From positions 1-56,174 of the forward strand of contig CAMBSI010000003.1 of NCBI GenBank assembly GCA_945870555.1: DNA of 56,174 nucleotides, given 5' to 3'. Position 1 is the stretch's first letter. Each line of letters begins with the position of its first letter. This DNA comes from Staphylococcus epidermidis. GTDB taxonomy: Bacteria; Bacillota_I; Bacilli_A; RFN20; CAG-826. Below are positions 48,718-56,174 of the stretch, piece by piece. The notes beneath the pieces were generated by a model. It ran no database searches. It was not told the DNA's origin and saw only the letters and a list, made by a program, of their open reading frames with translations. The position numbers were made by a program, and so were the translations under genes.

Positions 48718-51259
48718 AATCGACATTAAACCAATTGTCGAAAAAATTAACATTGCTCCCCTTGAAGACATCATGGGCGAACGTTATGCAACGTATGCCA
48801 AATACGTCATTCAAGATCGGGCAATCCCAGATTTACGCGATGGGTTAAAACCTGTCCAACGCCGAATTATTTATGCGATGTACCATAGTGGTAATCTTTT
48901 CCGCAAACCGTATCGAAAGAGTGCAACCAGTGTTGGTGAAGTGATGGGTAAGTATCACCCCCATGGTGACGCTTCTATCTATGACGCCTTGGTTCATATG
49001 TCTCAACCATGGAAGTATCGCGTTCCGTTAATTGATTTTCAAGGAAACAACGGTTCCATCGATGGAGATAACGCTGCTGCTCACCGTTATACCGAAGTTC
49101 GCCTTGCACAAATCAGTGAAGAATTGGTTCGCGATATTGACAAAAATACCGTGGATACGCAATTAACATTTGATGACTCCCAAGATGAACCAACGGTCTT
49201 ACCGGCGCGGTTTCCAAATCTGCTTGTTAACGGGACCCAAGGTATTGCGGTCGCGATGGCAACCAACATTCCACCCCATAACTTACGCGATGTGATTGAT
49301 GCAGTCATTTATCGTTTAAACCATAAAAAAACCACAATCGAAGATTTAATCGATATCATCAAGGGTCCAGATTTTCCAACCGGTGGAACGATTTATCGCA
49401 CCGATTCTCTCAAGCAAATTTATTTAAGTGGTCATGGTCGGGTTGAAATTTTATCAAAAGTCGATATTGCGAAATTAAAAGGCTATCACCAAATTGTGAT
49501 TAAAGAAATTCCATATGGTGTGATCAAATCTGCGTTAGTGAAGCAAATGGATGAGATTCGATTTAAGAAAATCATCGATGGTATTCTCGAAGTTAGAGAT
49601 GAATCCGATCATCACGGTATGCGGGTAGCGATTGATATTCGTGAAGATGCCAATCCAGAAAAAATCCTTCAATATTTTTATGCAAAAACAGATTTAAAGA
49701 GTTCGTTTTCCGCGAACATGGTTGCGATTGATAAGGGCCATCCCATCACGTTTAACTTGCTTCAATATATTGACTCCTACATCGATCACCAAGTTGAGGT
49801 CATTACGCGCTTGTCGCAATTTGACTTAACCAAAGCATCGGCACGATTAGAAATTGTCGAAGGGTTAATCAAGGCCATCGGCATCCTCGATGACGTGGTC
49901 AAGGTTATTCGCAAGAGTGAAGACAAACAAGATGCGATGGCAAATTTAGAAAAGAAATTTGCATTCACAAAACCACAAGCAGATGCGATTGTCTCCTTAC
50001 AACTTTATCGGCTTACCAATACCGATGTCACCACATTAAAAGATGAAGAAAAACAACTCAAAGCAACGATCAAGGAACTCAAAGAAATCCTCAATGATCG
50101 CGACGTCCTTAACAAGAAGATCATCAAAGATTTAAAACTGATTAGTACAACCTATGGGCAAAACCGTTTAACCAAGATCGTCACCGAACCAAAAGAAACC
50201 TTACAAATTGACAAGCGAGATTTGATTGCCAAAGAAGACATATATCTTGCGGTCACGCGAGATGGTTATATCAAACGTTCTCCTTTAAAATCCTATAAGA
50301 GTTCTGAAGGTCAATGGCCAGGCGTGAAAGAAGCAGATTTACTCGTTGGGATTGGTCAAGCGACCACCTTAGATTTTTTACTCGTATTCACCCAATTAGG
50401 TAACTACTTATTTATTCCTGTTCATGAATTACAAGAAACCAAATGGAAAGAAGAAGGCAAACATATTAACTATTTGGTGAACCTCGGTCCTGAAGAAAGA
50501 TTAATCAAAGCGATGATTGTTTCCGAATTTAAACCTGACGCATTTGTGGTGATGGTGACCCGTAATGGTCAATTAAAGAAAACCCCTTTATCTGAATTTG
50601 TTGTCCAACGTTATAGTAAGCCACTAACCTGTATGCGTCTCTTGGGAGATGACACGGTGGTCGATGTCGACATTTCCAATGGTCAAGGTCAACTCTTGAT
50701 TGCAACCTTAGAAGGAAATGTGACTTATTTTTCCGAAACCGAAGTCAATCCAGTCGGCATTAAAGCGGGCGGGGTGAAAGCGATTGGTTCTTTACTTGGT
50801 AAAGATCGTTTAGCCAAATTACTCGTTTATCAACCAGATGAACGCGGTAAAATCGTCATGTTTACGCGCCAAGGAAATTTCCGTATCTTTGATATTAGTT
50901 ATGTCACCTTAACGAGTCGCTTAGGTAAAGTCCAATACGTTTTCCAAAGCTTTAAGTCCGATCCACATCAACTTGTCTATTGGCGTAAACTCAACAAACA
51001 AGAAGAGTTCTTGAAGATCACTGTTTTATTATCCAACAAAGAATTGGTGAACTTAGAAACCAATGACTATGCGCCAACCCCTATTGATAAATATGCTAAA
51101 AAGAATTTAACAATGCCTAAAGAAACCGATGTTATCGGTGTCTATCATGATGCTTTACCAAAAATCGATAACACGTATAAAACCGTTGCCCAACCAAAAG
51201 TAAGTTTAGAAACCGGAGAAAAAATCGAAAAAGTTTCTCTTTTTGATGACAAAAAATAA
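48701..51259 (+). CDS. parC: DNA topoisomerase IV subunit A
   Basis: RAIPDLRDGLKPVQRR, YHPHGD, RYTE, PPHN, GPDFPTG; follows parE. Confidence 0.9.
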   Translation: MPKKPKIDIKPIVEKINIAPLEDIMGERYATYAKYVIQDRAIPDLRDGLKPVQRRIIYAMYHSGNLFRKPYRKSATSVGEVMGKYHPHGDASIYDALVHMSQPWKYRVPLIDFQGNNGSIDGDNAAAHRYTEVRLAQISEELVRDIDKNTVDTQLTFDDSQDEPTVLPARFPNLLVNGTQGIAVAMATNIPPHNLRDVIDAVIYRLNHKKTTIEDLIDIIKGPDFPTGGTIYRTDSLKQIYLSGHGRVEILSKVDIAKLKGYHQIVIKEIPYGVIKSALVKQMDEIRFKKIIDGILEVRDESDHHGMRVAIDIREDANPEKILQYFYAKTDLKSSFSANMVAIDKGHPITFNLLQYIDSYIDHQVEVITRLSQFDLTKASARLEIVEGLIKAIGILDDVVKVIRKSEDKQDAMANLEKKFAFTKPQADAIVSLQLYRLTNTDVTTLKDEEKQLKATIKELKEILNDRDVLNKKIIKDLKLISTTYGQNRLTKIVTEPKETLQIDKRDLIAKEDIYLAVTRDGYIKRSPLKSYKSSEGQWPGVKEADLLVGIGQATTLDFLLVFTQLGNYLFIPVHELQETKWKEEGKHINYLVNLGPEERLIKAMIVSEFKPDAFVVMVTRNGQLKKTPLSEFVVQRYSKPLTCMRLLGDDTVVDVDISNGQGQLLIATLEGNVTYFSETEVNPVGIKAGGVKAIGSLLGKDRLAKLLVYQPDERGKIVMFTRQGNFRIFDISYVTLTSRLGKVQYVFQSFKSDPHQLVYWRKLNKQEEFLKITVLLSNKELVNLETNDYAPTPIDKYAKKNLTMPKETDVIGVYHDALPKIDNTYKTVAQPKVSLETGEKIEKVSLFDDKK

Positions 51260-51798
51260 TGATGACAGTTAAACCTCGTTCGCGTTGGCAACCTACTTTT
51301 TACGCACCATCTTTATTCGATGTGACCCCTAACTTTTTTATCGAACAAGGGGTGAACTACCTTTGTTGTGACCTTGATAACACGCTTGCCCCTTTTGATG
51401 AAGCCTTACCAAGGGCAACCGTTAAAACATGGGTACGTTCGCTGCAAGATCGTGGTTTAACCTTCTTAATCATCTCGAACAATAAAGAAGCCCGTGTCAA
51501 ACCTTATGCGGATGCGCTTGGTGTCGATTATCTGGCAAAAACTGGAAAACCTTTTCAAGACAAACTCCTTATGTTTTTAAAGGAAAAAGGTTATCCTAAA
51601 GATAAGGTCATGGTGATCGGCGATCAATTGTTAACGGATGTTTGGTTAGCAAATCGGTTAGGTCTTCCAAGTTTATTTGTAGAAAAGTTGGTCCCATACG
51701 ATCATTGGCCAACCAAACCCAATCGATGGATTGAAAGCTTTATCAAACGCCATTACCACCGGCATCACCGATTTAACCATTGGAGGAAACAAGGATGA
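51259..51798 (+). CDS. yqeG: YqeG-family HAD phosphatase
   Basis: DLDNTL, ISNN, KP, IGDQLLTD. Confidence 0.93.
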   Translation: MMTVKPRSRWQPTFYAPSLFDVTPNFFIEQGVNYLCCDLDNTLAPFDEALPRATVKTWVRSLQDRGLTFLIISNNKEARVKPYADALGVDYLAKTGKPFQDKLLMFLKEKGYPKDKVMVIGDQLLTDVWLANRLGLPSLFVEKLVPYDHWPTKPNRWIESFIKRHYHRHHRFNHWRKQG

Positions 51799-52928
51799 AC
51801 GAAATGAAAACGATTCGCCGTTGTCCTGGATGTGGTGTGATTTTGCAAACGATTGATGAAAAGTTGCCAGGTTATGTTCCGAATAAACACGTTGACCGGC
51901 ATGAAGTCGTCCTCTGCCAACGATGCTTTAAACTTCAACATTATGGCGAAGATATTGCACCAAAAGAATCGTTTTTATTTGATGATTTCTACCAAATCTT
52001 ACGCCAAGCAAAAAAAGATCAAGCATCCATCATTTGGGTCTTGGATATTCTTAACTTTGAAACAACCCTGTCGATGGAACTGCTCAATGCGGTGAAAGGT
52101 TTGAAAGTTTACTTTATTGCAACCAAGCGTGACCTCCTTCCTAAAACCATTCAAAACAAGAAGCTTGAAACCTATATTCAACATTTTTTAGAATCGATGC
52201 AAATGCCTTTTGAAAAAATCATCATTGCTTCTAGTAAAACGAATCAAGCGATGGATGATATCAAGACGATGATCGCTGAGGACAACCAAAGAAAAGATCT
52301 TTATGTCATCGGCGCGACCAGTTCTGGTAAATCATCCTTGATCAATACCTACCTCAAGCACTTTTCAAATCAAACCAAAAAATTAATTACCACCTCACCA
52401 TTTCCTGGAACCACGTTACGGGTCATTGAAATTCCCCTGAATGATCAACAAACCATTTACGATACCCCAGGATATGTTGCGAACCATTCGATGCTTGCAA
52501 AAGTAGAAAAAGAAGTAATTAAAACGATGATGCCAAAAGTGGAAATTAAACCAATGAGCTTTCGCTTAGGGGCAAAAGATGCCTTGGCGATTGGTGGCTT
52601 AGTTCGCTTAGATGTTTTATCCGGCAAAAAAGAATTTGTGTATACCTTTTTTGCCAATCCCATTACCTATCAAAAAATGCAAGTACTCAAAGCCGATGAA
52701 AGTTTCTTTAAGATGATTGAGAAAAAACAATTAAAACCGATTTCAAAATCCTATACCAAAATGGCCGACTTCACGACGATTGAGTTTACTCTACCAACCA
52801 AAGGTAGAATCGATCTGGCAATTTCAGGATATGGCTGGTTAAACTTTCTTGCAGAAGGACAAACGATTCGGTTACTATTACCAAAAGGTGTCTTGGCAAA
52901 ATTATTACCAAGCAAGGTTCAAGCATGA
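51795..52928 (+). CDS. yqeH: Ribosome biogenesis GTPase YqeH
   Basis: CPGCG..CQRCF, TKRD, GKSSLIN, PGTT, DTPG; start moved to ATG 51795 (ATGA overlap, GGAGG SD). Confidence 0.95.
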   Translation: MNEMKTIRRCPGCGVILQTIDEKLPGYVPNKHVDRHEVVLCQRCFKLQHYGEDIAPKESFLFDDFYQILRQAKKDQASIIWVLDILNFETTLSMELLNAVKGLKVYFIATKRDLLPKTIQNKKLETYIQHFLESMQMPFEKIIIASSKTNQAMDDIKTMIAEDNQRKDLYVIGATSSGKSSLINTYLKHFSNQTKKLITTSPFPGTTLRVIEIPLNDQQTIYDTPGYVANHSMLAKVEKEVIKTMMPKVEIKPMSFRLGAKDALAIGGLVRLDVLSGKKEFVYTFFANPITYQKMQVLKADESFFKMIEKKQLKPISKSYTKMADFTTIEFTLPTKGRIDLAISGYGWLNFLAEGQTIRLLLPKGVLAKLLPSKVQA

Positions 52929-53218
52929 TCACCACCAAACAAAAATTGTATTTGCGTAAACTCGGGCAAACTTTACCAACCAAATTTCAAATTGGTAAAG
53001 AAGCCAATCATCCTGACTGGATTAAAATGGTCGACCTCGCCTTAGAAAAACAAGAATTGATTAAATTGCATGTATTAAAAGCTGCACAAGAAGATGCCGA
53101 TCAATTATTGGCAACGATTACCTCAAATTTAAAAGCTGAACTGGTGCAAGTGATTGGTCACCGCGCAATCTTGTATCGCCGTAACCCAGCGAAGCCAAGG
53201 ATTATCCTTCCCACATGA
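52925..53218 (+). CDS. yhbY: RNA-binding protein YhbY (CRM domain)
   Basis: QIGK, ELIKLHVL, VQVIG..ILYR. Confidence 0.92.
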   Translation: MITTKQKLYLRKLGQTLPTKFQIGKEANHPDWIKMVDLALEKQELIKLHVLKAAQEDADQLLATITSNLKAELVQVIGHRAILYRRNPAKPRIILPT

Positions 53219-54312
53219 TTCGTTTACTTTATGGTTCACCTTTTGACCCCATTCACGAAGGTCATTTGGCGATGCTTCGCACAGCGCAACAATATCTTCA
53301 TGCCGATGAAGTGAGTTTAATCATCACCAAGAATCCGCGGTGGAAAAACACCACCACTAATATTCTTGATCGCATCAACATGGTGAAATTGGCCATTGCA
53401 AATGATCCGACGTTTCAGCTTTCGTTATACGAAGTTGAAAAAGATGCGGTCATCAATTTTACAATTCATACGGTTCAACACTTTAAACAACTTTATCCCC
53501 AAGACCAACTTTATTACTTAATTGGTGGCGACCAAGTTGAACAATTCCATAAATGGAAAGACGCCGACCAATTAAAGACCCTCGTTCAGTTGATTGCCTA
53601 TCCTCGCCCAGGGGCAAGTTTAGATCATCCAAACTGGAAGCGATATCAAATCCAAGCTTTATCAGGACCACTGTTTTCAATTTCATCGACGAGTATTCGT
53701 AATCTAGAAAGTTTAGCGACACCCTTAAGTGTCATTCACTATATCTTTGAACACCAACTTTATTTTGTCCCAAAACTGAAAGCTTTCTACCAACCGAAAC
53801 GTTTTGAGCATGTTTATAGCACGGCGCGTTTGGCTTATCAAATTGCCGAGGCCAATCAATTCTCTGGCACCGATGCATTTTTGGCAGCGATTCTACATGA
53901 TATCGCAAAAGATATGGATGAAGAAGATGCCCGTGCTTTACTGGATGAATATGAGACCGTCAATCAACCCATCGAAAGTTACGCCCTTCACCAATTTGTG
54001 GGAGCGGTCTTAGCCCGGCAAGAATTCAACATCAAACAGGACCAAATTTTAGAAGCGATTCGTTACCACACTACCGGCAAAGCTCAAATGGGTCCGCTTG
54101 CCCAAATTGTCTATGCTGCTGACAAGATTGAACCAACCCGAGGATACGATTCAAGTGCCATGATTGCGGCATGCAAAAAACAATACCATGAAGGTTTCCT
54201 TTTGGTGCTGAAAGAAAACCTCTTGCACCTGAAGAAAAAGAAGCAGAAAATAACCAACGCTTTTGTGAAAGAATGCATGGGGTATTATTTAGGAGAAAAT
54301 GATGGCAAATAA
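53215..54312 (+). CDS. nadD: Fused nicotinate-nucleotide adenylyltransferase (NadD) / HD-domain hydrolase (YqeK)
   Basis: N-terminus FDPIHEGH, IGGD, W, ISSTSIR; C-terminus RFEH, LHDIAK, LH, HTTG, ADKIEP.R. Confidence 0.93.
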   Translation: MIRLLYGSPFDPIHEGHLAMLRTAQQYLHADEVSLIITKNPRWKNTTTNILDRINMVKLAIANDPTFQLSLYEVEKDAVINFTIHTVQHFKQLYPQDQLYYLIGGDQVEQFHKWKDADQLKTLVQLIAYPRPGASLDHPNWKRYQIQALSGPLFSISSTSIRNLESLATPLSVIHYIFEHQLYFVPKLKAFYQPKRFEHVYSTARLAYQIAEANQFSGTDAFLAAILHDIAKDMDEEDARALLDEYETVNQPIESYALHQFVGAVLARQEFNIKQDQILEAIRYHTTGKAQMGPLAQIVYAADKIEPTRGYDSSAMIAACKKQYHEGFLLVLKENLLHLKKKKQKITNAFVKECMGYYLGENDGK

Positions 54313-54637
54313 ATTACTGAAGACGCTGGTGTTAAAAGTGCTTGAAGATAAGCAAGCGGAAGCAATCAAACTTTATAACGTGAAAGGTAAATCTCCTATC
54401 ACGGATGGGGTGATCCTTTGTACGATCAATAATAGTCGGAAAATGGATGCCATTGTTTCCCAACTTCGTCGAGACTTTCTGCAACACCCAACCTATCGAT
54501 TACACCACATCGAAGGTAAACCAGAATCGGGTTGGATGGTGGTCGATCTTTATGACATCGTCGTTCACCTCATGGACAACGTTACCCGTGAGAAGATGAA
54601 CCTTGATTTCATTCTGGAACAACAAGTCAAATCCTAG
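54299..54637 (+). CDS. rsfS: Ribosomal silencing factor RsfS
   Basis: EDKQAEAI, EGKPESGWMVVDLYDIVVHL; operon position. Confidence 0.92.
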   Translation: MMANKLLKTLVLKVLEDKQAEAIKLYNVKGKSPITDGVILCTINNSRKMDAIVSQLRRDFLQHPTYRLHHIEGKPESGWMVVDLYDIVVHLMDNVTREKMNLDFILEQQVKS

Positions 54638-54656
54638 TAAGTTGTGAGTTGAACTA

Positions 54657-54684
54657 ACTTCGTATAATGTCTATTATGTTAACC
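54657..54684 (+). other. dif site (Xer chromosome dimer resolution site)
   Basis: ACTTCGTATAA-TGTCTA-TTATGTTAACC fits the 11-6-11 dif architecture (compare E. coli GGTGCGCATAA-TGTATA-TTATGTTAAAT and Firmicute ACTTCCTAKAA-TATATA-TTATGTAAACT); intergenic, at the gene-orientation switch, about 1.3 kb from xerD. Confidence 0.9.
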
Positions 54685-54743
54685 AAAGTATTAAAAAGTG
54701 CCTTATCATCAATATATTTATTTATCGTGACACCACTATTATG

Positions 54744-54768
54744 AAAAAGGTTGATCCTAAAATCAACC
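54744..54768 (-). terminator. Intrinsic terminator downstream of deoB
   Basis: Minus strand GGTTGAT-TTTAGG-ATCAACC-TTTTT. Confidence 0.75.
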
Positions 54769-54770
54769 AG

Positions 54771-54779
54771 TTATCCACA
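54771..54779 (+). promoter_or_regulatory. Perfect DnaA-box sequence
   Basis: TTATCCACA; a single copy, function unproven. Confidence 0.4.
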
Positions 54780-54785
54780 TCCATT

Positions 54786-54807
54786 ATCTACTAAATAACT
54801 ACTAATT
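54786..54807 (+). promoter_or_regulatory. Site B of the 11-bp-period CTACTA direct repeat, overlapping the deoB stop
   Basis: ATCTACTAAAT|AACTACTAATT; 54788-54809 matches the reverse complement of 37931-37952 at 21 of 22 positions. Confidence 0.7.
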
Positions 54808-55989
54808 TAGAATCTCGACGATTGGCTTTCCAATTAAGTGTGAAGGTTGTTTTAACTTAAAGTTCTTTAAAATGGTTGAGGCTAAATCTGCAAAGGTTGA
54901 TCGTTCTAGGAGCGCCTTACCTTGTTTAAAGGCGGGGCTATACATAAACAATGGAACCCGTTCCCTGGTGTGGTCCGTTCCCGTATGGGTTGGATCGTTA
55001 CCATGGTCAGCCGTAATCATTAATAAATCATCGTTGCGAATCAAAGGTAATAACTGACCTAATTGTTGATCAAATTGTTCAATCGCTTTTCCATATCCGA
55101 TCGGGTCTCGACGATGACCAAATTCGGAATCAAATTCCACGAGGTTAACAAAGACTAAACCTTGGAAGGATAATTTGGTTTCTGACATCGTTTTATTCAT
55201 GCCGTCAAGATTCGAAATAGTCTTCTGGGTTCGGTTCACACCTTGACCATTAAAAATATCATTTATTTTACCGATACAACTTGTGGTAAGTTTTGCTTGA
55301 TTGAGCACATCCATCGCCGTATCTACACCAGGGGATAAAGCATAGTCATGGCGATTGGTCGTCCGTTTGAAAGTCTTACGATCTTTTCCGACAAATGGTC
55401 TAGCAATAATGCGCCCCAACAGATACTCAGGTTTCATACAAATTTCTCTCGCGATTTCACAAATGCGGTACAACTCTTTAACCGGAATAATGTCTTCATG
55501 GGCGGCGAGTTGCAACACACTATCCGCAGAGGTATAAAGGATTAACTTTTTAGTCCGCATATGCTCTTCACCTAATTGGGTCAAAATGTCGGTTCCACTT
55601 GCGGCAACATTGCCAATAAAGTCATGCCCAGTTTTTGCCTTCAGTTCTTGAATCAAGGATAGTGGAAAACCTTTGTCTGTAAAGGTTTTAAAAGGCTTCT
55701 TGGTTTCTAAGCCCATGAGTTCCCAATGACCCGTCATCGTATCTTTGCCTGCGGATATTTCTCTCATCGTGGTGACATAACTCTTGGGATGGTTAACGAC
55801 TTTCACCCCAGGAATGGGTGATAAATCGGCCAAACCCAAGGATTCTAAATTGGGAATTGTTAATCCTCCACACCGTTGTGCGGTGTGAAGAAAGGTGTTC
55901 GTACCAACATCGCCAAAACGATTTGCATCGGGTAAAGCCCCAATACCAACCGAATCCATGACGATGACAAAAATTCTTTTAAATTGCAT
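54802..55989 (-). CDS. deoB: Phosphopentomutase
   Basis: VMDSVGIG, GKDTMTGHWE, YTSADSV, GRIIARPF, NRHDY, NLVEFD..FGHRRD, TADHGNDPT, DHTRE. Confidence 0.97.
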   Translation of the reverse strand: MQFKRIFVIVMDSVGIGALPDANRFGDVGTNTFLHTAQRCGGLTIPNLESLGLADLSPIPGVKVVNHPKSYVTTMREISAGKDTMTGHWELMGLETKKPFKTFTDKGFPLSLIQELKAKTGHDFIGNVAASGTDILTQLGEEHMRTKKLILYTSADSVLQLAAHEDIIPVKELYRICEIAREICMKPEYLLGRIIARPFVGKDRKTFKRTTNRHDYALSPGVDTAMDVLNQAKLTTSCIGKINDIFNGQGVNRTQKTISNLDGMNKTMSETKLSFQGLVFVNLVEFDSEFGHRRDPIGYGKAIEQFDQQLGQLLPLIRNDDLLMITADHGNDPTHTGTDHTRERVPLFMYSPAFKQGKALLERSTFADLASTILKNFKLKQPSHLIGKPIVEILN

Positions 55990-56008
55990 CTTTTTAACCC
56001 CTTATAGT

Positions 56009-56174
56009 TTACTTTCTTTTGGAGTATAAATCAAAAGCAGAGAGGATTCTTTTTTCAGAAACGTGCGTATAAATCTGGGTAGTAGATAAATGGGTATGGC
56101 CCAACATGTCTTGAACAGCCCTTAGCGACGCCCCTTGTTCAAGCAAGTGAGTAGCAAAAGAATGGCGTAAAGTA
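56009..56174 (-). CDS. xerD: XerC/XerD-family tyrosine recombinase, C-terminal fragment (runs off the window); absent from the ORF track
   Basis: Manual translation [54 protein letters not shown] with the [10 protein letters not shown] and catalytic Tyr motifs; the xerD-deoB order matches Bacillus ripX-drm. XerD versus XerC rests on synteny only. Confidence 0.88.
   Translation of the reverse strand, partial: TLRHSFATHLLEQGASLRAVQDMLGHTHLSTTQIYTHVSEKRILSAFDLYSKRK

Noticed and set aside
46762-51259. gyrB-gyrA
   Set aside because: The location beside plsY near the terminus, rather than by oriC/recF, favours parE-parC; a phylogeny would settle it.
54654-54690. Cloning-vector loxP contamination
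   Set aside because: Only the left half matches; the spacer end and right arm are dif-type and the flanks are native genes.
54638-54801. oriC
   Set aside because: Genes converge on rather than diverge from this point, there is only one DnaA box, no dnaA/dnaN, and dif is present.
56009-56174. Phage integrase / prophage boundary
   Set aside because: The sequence is XerC/D-like, the xerD-deoB order is ancestral Bacilli synteny, a dif site is adjacent, and no phage genes are in view. Sequence beyond the window edge cannot be assessed.

Overview
Gene-dense, almost entirely housekeeping chromosomal segment from a compact-genome, apparently non-sporulating member of the Bacilli (Erysipelotrichales/RFN20/RF39/Izemoplasma-like by gene content; exact taxon needs phylogeny). 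It uses the standard genetic code (TGA ends accC, fabH, lepA and nif3). The backbone follows Bacillus-type synteny: comEC-holA..rpsT..lepA-hemW-hrcA-grpE-dnaK-dnaJ..rsmE..rpsU..ybeY-cdd-era-recO-glyQS-dnaG-rpoD-trmK-nif3-cshB-nfo-rpmG, then efp-yneF/plsY-parE-parC and yqeG-yqeH-yhbY-nadD/yqeK-rsfS. Inserted into it are aguA-aguB, a large FASII/ACC/birA + gnd-zwf-cyclase + fmt + nuclease-DinG block, a degenerate Fic-wHTH gene, and a C39-peptidase membrane protein with no ATPase. The right end looks like the replication terminus: a dif site (54657-54684) lies where gene orientation flips, with deoB and a partial xerD just beyond. No rRNA, tRNA, CRISPR array, IS or prophage was recognised. Best leads: (1) an unexplained 11-bp-period CTACTA direct-repeat motif in three intergenic regions (upstream of the pseudo-Fic-wHTH gene, upstream of dnaG-rpoD, and beside dif), suggesting an undescribed regulon; (2) EF-P with Met at the normally modified Lys32; (3) a cyanophage-like gnd and a cyclase-family hydrolase where 6-phosphogluconolactonase is expected; (4) a nuclease-DinG that has lost most Fe-S cysteines; (5) Lys/Pro-rich appendages on ACP, sigma-A and L32. 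All calls come from motif reading and recalled family knowledge; no searches were run.
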